DNA of 64,000 nt from Gaiellaceae bacterium (GCA_035540835.1 DATLFU010000023.1:2228-66227), one strand, 5' to 3'; positions 29,075 through 38,025 are shown, counted from the first letter of the stretch. Notes: generated by a model from the letters alone, not told the origin. Numbers and translations: made by a program.

Positions 29075-29757
29075 TGCTGATCGCCGGCAACTGGAAGATG
29101 TTCAAGGGCCCGCGCGAGACGCGCGAGTTCGTCGCCGCGTTCCGGCCGCCCGACGGCGTCGACGTCGTCCTCTGCCCGCCGTACGTGTCCCTCCCGGCGG
29201 CGCTCGAGGGAGATGTCGCGGTCTACGCGCAGAACGTCCACTGGGGGGCCGAGGGCCCGTTCACCGGCGAGGTCTCGGCGGCGATGCTGCTCGAGCTCGG
29301 CGTCCGCGGCTCGATCGTGGGGCACTCGGAGCGGCGGCAGCACTTCGGCGAGACCGACGACACCGTCGCGCGCCGCACCGCCGCCGCGCTCGAGGCGGGG
29401 CTCGCCGTGATCGCCTGCGTCGGCGAGCTCGAGGAGGAGCGCGACCTCGGCCGCACGGCGGACGTCCTCCGGCGGCAGGCGTCGGTGCTCGAGGCGCACG
29501 AGCGGCTCGTGGTCGCGTACGAACCCGTCTGGGCGATCGGCACCGGCAAGACCGCGACCCCGGAGCAGGCGCAGGAGGCGCACGCCCTGATCAAGAGCAT
29601 CGTCGACGTCCCCGTCCTGTACGGCGGTTCCGTCAAGCCCGACAACGCCGAGGAGCTGCTGTCGCAGCCGGACGTCGACGGGGCGCTCGTCGGCGGCGCG
29701 TCGCTCGACCCCGACTCCTTCGCCGCGATTTGCCGCACGGCCGCACGTCTCTCGTAG
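29074..29757 (+). CDS. tpiA: triose-phosphate isomerase
   Basis: ATG at 29074 overlaps the pgk TGA. IAGNWKM, GHSERR, AYEPVWAIGTG and YGGSV motifs. Confidence 0.95.
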   Translation: MLIAGNWKMFKGPRETREFVAAFRPPDGVDVVLCPPYVSLPAALEGDVAVYAQNVHWGAEGPFTGEVSAAMLLELGVRGSIVGHSERRQHFGETDDTVARRTAAALEAGLAVIACVGELEEERDLGRTADVLRRQASVLEAHERLVVAYEPVWAIGTGKTATPEQAQEAHALIKSIVDVPVLYGGSVKPDNAEELLSQPDVDGALVGGASLDPDSFAAICRTAARLS

Positions 29758-31211
29758 CGCTCGTCGTCCTCGACGGCTGGGGCTGCGCGCCGCCCGGCCC
29801 GGGGAACGCCGTCGCGCTCGCCGCGACGCCGGTGTTCGACGCGCTGTGGGAGCAGTACCCCCACACGACGCTCGAGGCGTCGGGGCCGGCCGTCGGCCTC
29901 CCGCCCGGGCAGATGGGCAACTCCGAGGTCGGGCACCTGACGATCGGCACCGGGCGCGTGCTCGACCAGGACCTCCAGCGCGTGAACCGCGCCGTCGAGA
30001 GCGGCGCGCTGTACGAGAACGAGGCGCTCGTCGGCGCGTTCCGGCGGGCGCGCGACCGCGGCGGCGTCGTCCACCTCCTCGGCCTCGTCTCGCGAGGCGG
30101 CGTCCACTCGCACCTCTCGCACCTGCTCGCGCTGCTCGAGCTGGCGCGGCGGGAGGGGATGGAGGAGCGGACGTGGGTGCACGCGTTCACGGACGGCCGC
30201 GACGTCTCGCCGACCTCGGCCGCGACCGACCTCGGGGACCTGCCGGCGGCGCGGCTGGCGACGGTGATCGGCCGCTACTGGGCGATGGACCGCGACGCGC
30301 GCTGGGAGCGGACGGAGCGCGCGCTCGCAGCGATCCTCGCGCGCGATGGCGAGCGCGCGGTCGACGCGGTCGCCGCCGTCCGCGCCAGCTACGACCGCGG
30401 CGTCACCGACGAGTTCGTCGAGCCGGTCGTGCTCGCCGGTGCGCCGGCGCTCGACCCGCGCCGCGACGCGGCGATCTTCTTCAACTTCCGCCCCGACCGC
30501 GCGCGCCAGCTGAGCGTGAAGCTGCTGGCCGCCGGCGTCGACCTGACGACGATGACGCGGTACCGCGACGACTTCGGCTGCCCGGCCGCGTTCGCCGAGC
30601 ACGACGTGCGCGAGACGGTGGCGGAGGTGCTCGCGGCGCATGGCCTGCGGCAGCTCCACGCCGCGGAGACGGAGAAGTACGCGCACGTGACGTACTTCTT
30701 CAACGGGGGCCGCGAGGACGAGTGGGCGGGGGAGACGCGGATCCTCGTGCCGTCCCCGCGCGACGTCCCGAGCTACGACCTCAAGCCGGAGATGTCCGCG
30801 CCCGAGGTGGCGGAACGGTTCGCGGCGGAGATCGGCCGCGGCTACGCGTTCGGGGTCGTCAACTTCGCGAACCCCGACATGGTCGGCCACACGGGATCGA
30901 TTCCCGCTGCGATCGCCGCCGTCGAGACGGTCGACACGTGCCTCGGCGTCGTCGCGCGCGCGGTCGAGGACGCGGGCGGCGTCTGCCTCGTCACCGCCGA
31001 CCACGGCAACGCCGAGCAGATGCTCGAGGCCGACGGCGCCAGCCCGCACACGGCACACACCACGAACCCCGTCCCGCTGATCGTCACCGACGCCGGCATC
31101 GGCCTGCGCGAGGGCGGCGAGCTCTCCGACCTCGTCCCGACGGCGCTCGACCTCCTCGGCCTCGAGCAGCCGGAGCGAATCACCGGAACGAGCCTGGTCG
31201 TTCGCGATTGA
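29730..31211 (+). CDS. gpmI: 2,3-bisphosphoglycerate-independent phosphoglycerate mutase
   Basis: LVVLDGWG, GQMGNSEVGHLTIGTGR and TADHGNAE motifs. Track start is TTG at 29730, overlapping the tpiA end by 28 nt, so the exact start is uncertain. Confidence 0.9.
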   Translation: MPHGRTSLVALVVLDGWGCAPPGPGNAVALAATPVFDALWEQYPHTTLEASGPAVGLPPGQMGNSEVGHLTIGTGRVLDQDLQRVNRAVESGALYENEALVGAFRRARDRGGVVHLLGLVSRGGVHSHLSHLLALLELARREGMEERTWVHAFTDGRDVSPTSAATDLGDLPAARLATVIGRYWAMDRDARWERTERALAAILARDGERAVDAVAAVRASYDRGVTDEFVEPVVLAGAPALDPRRDAAIFFNFRPDRARQLSVKLLAAGVDLTTMTRYRDDFGCPAAFAEHDVRETVAEVLAAHGLRQLHAAETEKYAHVTYFFNGGREDEWAGETRILVPSPRDVPSYDLKPEMSAPEVAERFAAEIGRGYAFGVVNFANPDMVGHTGSIPAAIAAVETVDTCLGVVARAVEDAGGVCLVTADHGNAEQMLEADGASPHTAHTTNPVPLIVTDAGIGLREGGELSDLVPTALDLLGLEQPERITGTSLVVRD

Positions 31212-31231
31212 GCGGGCTATACTGCGGCGCC

Positions 31232-31831
31232 TTGTCGCTCGCACAGCCAGACCTTGGGGTCCTGCGGAGGGCTCAGCGGGGAGACGAACGTGCCTTCACG
31301 CTGATCGTGCGCGCCTACGAGGTGCCGGTCTTCAACTACGTGATGCGGCTGGTCGGCGACCGCTCGCTCGCGGAGGACCTGACCCAGGAGGTCTTCCTGC
31401 GCGTGTTCCAGGGGCTGCCGCGGTTCTCGCTGCGCTCGAAGTTCACGACGTGGCTGTTCCAGGTGACGAAGAACCGCGTGCTCGACGAGCTGCGCGCGAC
31501 GGAGCGGCGGCCGCGCGCGACCGTCGCGCTCGAGGACGCGCCGCCGTTCGAGGTCGTCGACGCGCCGTTCGAGCGCCTCGAGGCGATCGACGCGGTCTGG
31601 CGCGCGGTCGAGAGCCTCAACGTCGACCTGAAGATGGCGCTGCTGCTGCGCGACGTGGTCGGCATGTCGTACACCGAGATCGCCGACGCGCTCGAGATCA
31701 CCCTCGCGACCGTCAAGTGGCGGATCTACAAGGCGCGCGAGGAGGTCCAGCTCGCGCTCGCGCGCGAGGGGATCACCTTCCGCGAGCCCGCCGAGTCGGC
31801 GCCCGCCGCACCCGCGGCCGCGGCCGGCTGA
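31232..31831 (+). CDS. ECF-type RNA polymerase sigma-70 family factor
   Basis: Region 2 (DLTQEVFLRVF, FTTWLFQVTKNRVLDELR) and region 4 (MSYTEIADALEITLATVKWRIYKAREE). No ATG/GTG lies upstream of region 2, so TTG at 31232 is proposed. Confidence 0.75.
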   Translation: MSLAQPDLGVLRRAQRGDERAFTLIVRAYEVPVFNYVMRLVGDRSLAEDLTQEVFLRVFQGLPRFSLRSKFTTWLFQVTKNRVLDELRATERRPRATVALEDAPPFEVVDAPFERLEAIDAVWRAVESLNVDLKMALLLRDVVGMSYTEIADALEITLATVKWRIYKAREEVQLALAREGITFREPAESAPAAPAAAAG

Positions 31832-31832
31832 G

Positions 31833-32915
31833 CTAGCCCGAGTTCTCGCGGAGCCACTCCGCGAGGTTGCGCGCCTGCTCCTCCGGCGTCTGCGCCGGCG
31901 GCACCGGCTCGACCTGGGGCGGCGGCGCGGGATCGTCGCCGCCGCCGGTGGCGAGCGCCGCTGCCAGGGCGAGCGTCGCGAGCGTGGCGGCGACGACGAC
32001 CGCGAGCGGCCACCGCGCCCGCGGCCGCGTGCGCGTCCGGATCACCTCCGTCGGCCACTCGACCGCCGCGGCCCGCCGCTCCACCGCCTGCGTCGGCTCC
32101 TCGCCGAGCGCCGCGCGGAGGTCGGCTGCGAACGCGCCCGCCGTCGGGGGGCGGTACTCCGGCAGGCGCGCGAGCGCGCGCATGACCGCGTCCTCGAGCC
32201 GCGGCGGGACGTCGTCCGGCAGCGGGTCGGGCGGCGCGCCCGCGCCGCCGTGGCGCGCGGCGAGCGCCTCGAGCGAGTCGTCGCGGAACGGCGGCCGACC
32301 CGCCAGCAGCTCGTAGAGGACGGCGCCGAGCGCGTACACGTCCGCCGCGGGCCCGACGTCGCCGCCCGTCGCCTGCTCCGGGGCGAGGTACGCGGCCGTG
32401 CCGAGGATGGTCCCGACGGCGGTCACCTGCGTCCCGTCGGCGGCGCGCGCGATCCCGAAGTCCGCGACCTTCACCGTCCCGTCGCGCGTGAGGAGGAGGT
32501 TCTGCGGCTTCACGTCGCGATGGACGAGCCCGTGCGCGTGCGCGTGCTCGAGGCCGGCGCACGCCTGGAGCGCGATCCGCACCGCCTCGGCCGGGTCGAG
32601 GCGGCCGCGCCGGCGGACGACGTCGGCGAGCGTCTCGCCGTCGACGTGCTCCATGACGATGTAGGGGCGTCCGCCCTGCTCGCCCGCGTCGAAGACGCCG
32701 ACGACGTTGGGGTGCGTCAGCCGCGCCGCGAGGCGGCCCTCGCGCAGGAACCGCCGCCGCACCTCCTCGTCGTCGGCGAACCGCTCGGCGAGGAGCTTCA
32801 CCGCGACCCGGCGGTCGAGCTCGGTGTCGTGCGCCAGGAGGACGGTCGCCATGCCGCCCTCGCCGAGCCGCCGCTCCACGCGGTAGCGCTCGCCCGCGAT
32901 CGAGGCGACGCTCAC
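31833..32915 (-). CDS. Ser/Thr protein kinase (Hanks type) with C-terminal TM anchor
   Basis: GTG at 32915. GEGGMATV...VAVK, HRDVKPQNLL, DFGIA and APE motifs. TM WPLAVVVAATLATLALAAALA followed by a short Pro-rich ectodomain. Confidence 0.85.
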   Translation of the reverse strand: MSVASIAGERYRVERRLGEGGMATVLLAHDTELDRRVAVKLLAERFADDEEVRRRFLREGRLAARLTHPNVVGVFDAGEQGGRPYIVMEHVDGETLADVVRRRGRLDPAEAVRIALQACAGLEHAHAHGLVHRDVKPQNLLLTRDGTVKVADFGIARAADGTQVTAVGTILGTAAYLAPEQATGGDVGPAADVYALGAVLYELLAGRPPFRDDSLEALAARHGGAGAPPDPLPDDVPPRLEDAVMRALARLPEYRPPTAGAFAADLRAALGEEPTQAVERRAAAVEWPTEVIRTRTRPRARWPLAVVVAATLATLALAAALATGGGDDPAPPPQVEPVPPAQTPEEQARNLAEWLRENSG

Positions 32916-33406
32916 CCTCGGCCCTTGCCCTTCCCCTTGCCCTTCGCCTTGTCCTTGCCCTTGCCCTTCTGCTTCTCGGGCGGGGCCTCCTCGGCCTCGT
33001 CGTCGTCCGCGTCGTCGGCCTCGCCGTCGTCGGCGTCGTCGGACGCCGGCGGCTCGGGCTCGGGCTCCGGAGCGGGCTGCGGCTGCTGCGGCACGCACTC
33101 GATCCGGTGCTGCAGCTCCTGCGCGCTCGCGAGCAGCTCCTCCTGGAAGGCGGGTGGCACGTCGCCGGCCTGGATCGCGCGGACGGTCGCGTTGACGAGC
33201 TCGTCCGCCTCGCTCGCGGCCGCGCACGCGTCTCCGGCCGCGAGCCGGTCGGCGACGGCGTCGGCCCGTGCGGCAAGCGCGGTCGCGACCGGCTTCGGCA
33301 GGCGCGGCTCGTCCGTCTCCTGCGCGCCGTCGCCGCCGCAGCCGGCGGCGAGCGCGGCGACGGCGACGGCGAGTACGACGATGCGCCTAGCTCGTCTCGT
33401 TCGGAT
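32912..33406 (-). CDS. putative lipoprotein with poly-acidic then (K-G)n C-terminal tail; no canonical start codon
   Basis: The frame encodes (I)RTRRARRIVVLAVAVAALAAGCGGDG... ending ...DDADDGEADDADDDEAEEAPPEKQKGKGKDKAKGKGKGKGRG. Its stop overlaps the kinase GTG (GTGA). The only in-frame ATG/GTG/TTG is GTG 33160, well after the signal peptide, so the 5' end given is provisional (ATC 33406; ACG 33400 and ATC 33382 are alternatives). Confidence 0.45.
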   Translation of the reverse strand: MRTRRARRIVVLAVAVAALAAGCGGDGAQETDEPRLPKPVATALAARADAVADRLAAGDACAAASEADELVNATVRAIQAGDVPPAFQEELLASAQELQHRIECVPQQPQPAPEPEPEPPASDDADDGEADDADDDEAEEAPPEKQKGKGKDKAKGKGKGKGRG

Positions 33407-33875
33407 CCTCCTGTCCCGCGAGCTGGACGAGCGCGGTCTGCGCGTTCTTCAGGTGCTGCTTCTGGATCGGCAGCTGCCAGCGGACGAGCTCCCGGATCTG
33501 CTTGTTGCCGGCCTTCTTGTTCAGCTCCTGGAGCACCGTCCAGTGGCCGACCTCGCCCGCCTCCGCCATCGTCAGGAACTCGAACCCGTCGAGCGCGTCC
33601 GAGCCGCGCTCGAGGTAGTCCTTCATCATCTCGGTCGCCTTCTTCTTGACGGCACGCGCCTCCTTCATGATCGCGCCCTTCTTGCCGTCGAGGCCGGCCG
33701 CGACCTCGGCGGCGCGCTTCTCCGCCTCGGCGGCCTCCTTGCCCATCTGGTCGAGCTGCTTCGCGAGCGCCTTGTCCTTCACGAGGCTCTTGACCTTCGT
33801 CGTGGCGCCCTGCGAGGCCATCGCCAGGCCGATCACCTCGGCGAGCTTCTCGTCCAGCGTCGTGAGCTCTGCCAT
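33387..33875 (-). CDS. helical, Lys-rich hypothetical protein (ferritin-like / DUF892-YciE-like, tentative)
   Basis: ATG at 33875 with GGGGAGGA SD. 162 aa, MAELTTLDEKLAEVIGLAMASQ...FEFLTMAEAGEVGHWTVL. The track ORF 33387..34541 is over-extended. Confidence 0.5.
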   Translation of the reverse strand: MAELTTLDEKLAEVIGLAMASQGATTKVKSLVKDKALAKQLDQMGKEAAEAEKRAAEVAAGLDGKKGAIMKEARAVKKKATEMMKDYLERGSDALDGFEFLTMAEAGEVGHWTVLQELNKKAGNKQIRELVRWQLPIQKQHLKNAQTALVQLAGQEDPNETS

Positions 33876-33901
33876 TCGTCCTCCCCGTCTGTCGAAGTCG
33901 T

Positions 33902-34636
33902 TCAGTGTCCGAGAGCCAGCCGCGCGGCGAGCGACTCGGGCAGGCCGCGGCGGCGGATCTCGGTCTGGGCTGTCTCGACGGAATATGGAACGCGGCGGAA
34001 CGTCGCAAACCTCTCCTGCAGGTCGAGGAGCAGCCACGCCGCGCGCGGGTCGCCGTCGCGCGGCTGCCCCACGGACCCCGGGTTGAGCAGGCGCCGCCCC
34101 TCCAGCGCGACCTCGGTGCCCGCCGCGGCGACGCCGCCGTCGACCCCGCCGCGGTCGCCGAGCCGCAGCGACAGCGCGACGTGGCTGTGCCCGACGAGGA
34201 CGAGCGGCGCCGCGCTCTCGCGGAAGGCGGCCTCCGCGGCCTCGACCGTCAGCACGTACTCCCAGACCGGGTCGCGCGGGCTCGCGTGGTACAGCTCGAC
34301 GCCCTCGCGGGCCGCGGCCGGCGCCAGCGGCTCGAGGAACGAGCGCGACTCCGGCGAGAGCTCGTCGCGCGTCCACAGCGCGGCCGCGGCCGCGTCCGGG
34401 TTGAACTCCCGCACGTCCACGTCCGCCGTCCCGAGCGCCACGAGGTCGTGGTTGCCGACGAGGCAGAGGTCGGCGCGCTCGGCGACGGTGGCGCAGCACT
34501 CGTTCGGGAACGCGCCGTAGCCGACGACGTCGCCGAGGCACCAGATCGCGTCGGGCGCCTCGGCGTCCACGTCGCGCAGGACGGCGTCGAGTGCCGGCCC
34601 GTTACCGTGGACGTCGGAGATGACGGCGACGCGCAT
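33902..34636 (-). CDS. metallophosphoesterase (PPP/ApaH-like calcineurin-fold phosphatase)
   Basis: MRVAVISDVHGN, LGDVVGYG, VGNHD and GHSH motifs in the canonical order. Confidence 0.8.
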   Translation of the reverse strand: MRVAVISDVHGNGPALDAVLRDVDAEAPDAIWCLGDVVGYGAFPNECCATVAERADLCLVGNHDLVALGTADVDVREFNPDAAAAALWTRDELSPESRSFLEPLAPAAAREGVELYHASPRDPVWEYVLTVEAAEAAFRESAAPLVLVGHSHVALSLRLGDRGGVDGGVAAAGTEVALEGRRLLNPGSVGQPRDGDPRAAWLLLDLQERFATFRRVPYSVETAQTEIRRRGLPESLAARLALGH

Positions 34637-35843
34637 CGTCGCGGCGACGATAGCCGCCTGCCTCGGCGCCGTCGCCGCGGTGCTGCTCTGGCGGACGGAG
34701 GTGCCGCCCGGACTCGAGCTGCGCCCCGCCGCCGCGGAGGAGGAGTTCGGAGCGGACGTCGTCCGGGACGCGGCGGCGTACGCGCGCGTCGCCCGCGCCC
34801 TCTGGCTCGCGTCGGTGCTCGCGCAGCTTGCGGCGCTGGCGGTGCTCGTCCGGCGCGCGTCGTGGCTCGCGCGACGGCTCCCGGGCCCGCGCGCGGCGCG
34901 CTCGCTCGCGCTGCTCCTCGCCTCGCTCGGCGTCGTCTGGGCGGCGCGGCTCCCGTTCGGCGCCGCGGCGCACTGGTGGCGCCGCCGGCACGGCCTGTCG
35001 GAGCAGGGCTACGCCGACTGGCTCGTCGACCCGTGGCCGGAGCAGCTCGCGACCGTCGTGGCCGCCGCGGTCGCGCTCGCGGCGGCGGTCGCGCTCGCCT
35101 CCCGGCTCGGGTCCCGCTGGTGGCTGGCCGGCGGGCCCGCGCTCGCCGCCGTCGCAGCGGCGCTCGTGCTCGCGCAGCCGCTCGTGGAGTCGTCGCGGCT
35201 CGAGCCGCTGCGCGACGCGGCGCTCGAGCGGGAGGTGCTCGCGCTCGCCGCGGCCGTCGGCGTCCCCGCGACGGCGGTGGTGGTCGAGGACGCGTCGCGT
35301 CGGACGACGCGCGTGAACGCCGAGGTCGTCGGGGCGGGGGCGACGCGCCGGATCGTCCTCTGGGACACGCTCCTCGACGGGCGGCTGACGCCGCCGGAGG
35401 TGCGGTTCGTCGTCGCCCACGAGCTGGCGCACGTCGGCCGGCGGCACGTGCCGAAGGGGCTCGCGTGGTTCGCGCTCCTCTCGCTGCCGCTCGCGTACGT
35501 CGTCGCGCGCGCGACCCGCCGACGCGGCGGGATCGGGGAGCCGGCGGCGGTCCCGCTCGCCGTCCTCGTCGTCCTGCTGTTGCAGCTCGCGCTGCTCCCG
35601 CTCGAGAACGCGATCTCGCGGCGCTACGAGGCGGAGGCGGACTGGGTCGCGCTGCGCGCGACCGCCGATCCCGACGCCGCCCGCGGCGTCTTCCGCCGGT
35701 TCGCGGCGGAGAACCTCGCGCAGCCGGAGCCGCCGCTCTGGGCCCGTGTGCTGCTCGGCTCGCACCCGTCGCTCGTCGAGCGGGCGGGGATGGCGGAGGC
35801 GTTCAGGAGAGATCCGGGCCGTCGGTCTCCGGGAGGTTCCTGA
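34620..35843 (+). CDS. M48-family (Ste24/HtpX-like) membrane zinc metallopeptidase
   Basis: Multiple TM segments. HEXXH as VVAHELAHVGRRH and a downstream E in YEAEADW. The annotated ATG overlaps the divergent phosphoesterase start by 17 nt, so the start is uncertain. Confidence 0.8.
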   Translation: MTATRIVAATIAACLGAVAAVLLWRTEVPPGLELRPAAAEEEFGADVVRDAAAYARVARALWLASVLAQLAALAVLVRRASWLARRLPGPRAARSLALLLASLGVVWAARLPFGAAAHWWRRRHGLSEQGYADWLVDPWPEQLATVVAAAVALAAAVALASRLGSRWWLAGGPALAAVAAALVLAQPLVESSRLEPLRDAALEREVLALAAAVGVPATAVVVEDASRRTTRVNAEVVGAGATRRIVLWDTLLDGRLTPPEVRFVVAHELAHVGRRHVPKGLAWFALLSLPLAYVVARATRRRGGIGEPAAVPLAVLVVLLLQLALLPLENAISRRYEAEADWVALRATADPDAARGVFRRFAAENLAQPEPPLWARVLLGSHPSLVERAGMAEAFRRDPGRRSPGGS

Positions 35844-36102
35844 TCCCCTCCTGGTGCGACCACTTCGACCACGCGTCCTCCATCGCGTCGAGCAGCTCGC
35901 GCATGAACTTCGTCGACATGTTGACGCGCGCGACGACGGCGCCCGGCACGTCGCCTTCCTCGACCTCGTGCTCGATCCGCGCGAAGGTGACGGTGAACTC
36001 GTACGGCGAGAAGCTGACGTTGGCGAAGTTCGCGTAGACGCCGACGAGGTCCTTCGGCTCGATGTGGATGTTGAGCTGGCGCTCCTGGGGCTCCTCGTCC
36101 AC
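35803..36102 (-). CDS. DUF3467-like small protein
   Basis: GTG at 36102. VDEEPQERQLNIHIEPKDLVGVYANFANVSFSPYEFTVTFARI... matches the DUF3467 pattern as I recall it. 99 aa. Confidence 0.6.
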   Translation of the reverse strand: MDEEPQERQLNIHIEPKDLVGVYANFANVSFSPYEFTVTFARIEHEVEEGDVPGAVVARVNMSTKFMRELLDAMEDAWSKWSHQEGIRNLPETDGPDLS

Positions 36103-36121
36103 GCCTCTACGATAACGGGCG

Positions 36122-37645
36122 ATGCCCGGGCACGCCGTCAGCCGCCTCGCCGCCGAGGTCGCGGAGCTCGCAGGCGCCCCCGTCGAGCTGGAGCGGCCGA
36201 GCGACCCGGCGCACGGCGACTTCGCGACGAACGCGGCGCTGCGGCTCGCGCGGCGGCCGGCGGCGCGCGCCCGCGAGCCGCAGCGCGAGCTCGCAGCCGA
36301 GCTCGCCGAACGCGCGCAGCGGCTGGAGCACGTCGCCTCCGCGGAGGTCGCCGGCCCCGGCTTCGTCAACCTCCGCGTCGCCACGTCGTGGTACGCCGAG
36401 GCGCTGCGCGAGGTGCTCGAGGCGGGGGCCGACTACGGCGCCGGGTCGGCGGAGCGGCGCGAGCGGATCCAGGTGGAGATGGTGTCCGCGAACCCGACCG
36501 GCCCGGTCGTCGTCTCGGCGGCGCGGAACGGTGCCTACGGCGACGCGGTCGCGCGGCTGCTCGCCTTCGCCGGCCACGCCGTCGAGCGCGAGTACTACTA
36601 CAACGACACCGGGCGGCAGATGGACCTCTTCCGGGCGTCGGTCGAGGCGCGCCGGCGCGGGGAGGACCCGCCGGAGGACGGCTACCACGGCGAGTACGTC
36701 GCCGAGCTCGCGCTCGAGCCCGGCGACCCGGTGCCGCGGATGCTCGAGCAGATCGAGCGGACGCTCGAGCGCTTCCGCATCCACTTCGACACGTGGGAGC
36801 GGCAGAGCGAGATCGACGGCGAGGTCGCCGAGGCGCTCGCGGCGCTTCCGACGTACGAGGCCGACGGGGCCGTCTGGGTGCGCACCTCCGAGTACGGCGA
36901 CGACAAGGACCGCGTCGCGATCCGCTCCGACGGGACGCCGACGTACTTCGCCGCCGACTGCGCCTACATCCGCCACAAGCTGGCCCGCTACGACCGCGCG
37001 ATGTACGTCCTCGGCGCAGACCACCACGGCTACGTCGGACGGCTGCGTGCGATCGCGCAGGCGTTCGGCGAGGATCCCGACCGCGTCGAGGTGCTGATCT
37101 ACCAGCTCGTCCACCTCACTCGCGGCGGCGAGGCGGCGAAGATGTCGAAGCGCCGCGGCGACGTCGTCACCCTCGACGAGCTGATCGACGAGGTCGGGGT
37201 CGACGCCGCGCGCTGGTACCTCGTCAACCGCGGCCCCGACCAGCCGATCGAGATCGACGTCGACCTCGCCGCGGAGAAGAGCCAGAAGAACCCCGTCTAC
37301 TACGTGCAGTACGCGCACGCGCGGGTCGCGGGCATCCTGCGGAACGCGGACGGCGCCGAGATCGGCGCGGAGCCGCCGCGCGAGCTCGCCGTCGAGGAGA
37401 AGGAGCTCGTCAAGCGCCTGGCGGAGTTTCCGGCGATCGCCGCGGAGGCGGCGGTGCGGCGGGGGCCGCAGGCGATCCCGACGTACGCGATCCGCCTCGC
37501 CGACGACTTCCATCGCTTCTACCACGAGCACCGCGTCCTCGAGAGCGACGCGCAGGCGTTCCGGCTCGGCCTCTGCCGGGCGACGCAGCTCGTGATCGCG
37601 CGCTGCCTCGACCTCGTCGGCGTCGAGGCGCCCGAGCGGATGTAG
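36122..37645 (+). CDS. argS: arginine--tRNA ligase
   Basis: HGDFATNAAL, class I HIGH-type region SANPTGP, ADHHGY, KMSKRRGD (KMSKS) and the DALR anticodon-binding C-terminus. Confidence 0.95.
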   Translation: MPGHAVSRLAAEVAELAGAPVELERPSDPAHGDFATNAALRLARRPAARAREPQRELAAELAERAQRLEHVASAEVAGPGFVNLRVATSWYAEALREVLEAGADYGAGSAERRERIQVEMVSANPTGPVVVSAARNGAYGDAVARLLAFAGHAVEREYYYNDTGRQMDLFRASVEARRRGEDPPEDGYHGEYVAELALEPGDPVPRMLEQIERTLERFRIHFDTWERQSEIDGEVAEALAALPTYEADGAVWVRTSEYGDDKDRVAIRSDGTPTYFAADCAYIRHKLARYDRAMYVLGADHHGYVGRLRAIAQAFGEDPDRVEVLIYQLVHLTRGGEAAKMSKRRGDVVTLDELIDEVGVDAARWYLVNRGPDQPIEIDVDLAAEKSQKNPVYYVQYAHARVAGILRNADGAEIGAEPPRELAVEEKELVKRLAEFPAIAAEAAVRRGPQAIPTYAIRLADDFHRFYHEHRVLESDAQAFRLGLCRATQLVIARCLDLVGVEAPERM

Positions 37646-38025
37646 CGTCAGCCGAAGACTTCGGAACACGCGGTCGGCGAGGAGCAAGATCGCCAGCGCC
37701 GAGAGGGCGCTCGCGTAGACGACGCGCCGCGCCGCCGCGTGCGTCGCCGGCAGGTGGTCTCGTTCCGGATCGAGGACGTGCAGCGCGAACCAGACGAGCA
37801 GCACGAGGAGGCCCGGCGACACCGTCAACGCAGCTCCCAGTGCGAGGAGCGAGCACGTGTCCATCAGCGTCGCGCCCCGACCACCACGTCCGAGGAGGTC
37901 CGCCGCACCGTCGGCGCCTGGCGGCCGCGCCGCGTCACGAGGCGGACTGCGAGCGAGACGTGGAGAAGCCGCACAGCGGTGGCGTCACCCGCGGCGCGGC
38001 GGCGGAAACGCCTAGCGTTCGACCG

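Noticed and set aside
32916-33060. Short periodic repeats (GGCAAGGGC / GACGAC units) as a possible CRISPR or VNTR
   Set aside because: The units are 6-9 nt, imperfect and in frame. They encode the (KG)n and poly-Asp/Glu tail of the lipoprotein-like ORF and lack CRISPR-sized repeats and spacers. No CRISPR array was seen anywhere in the window.
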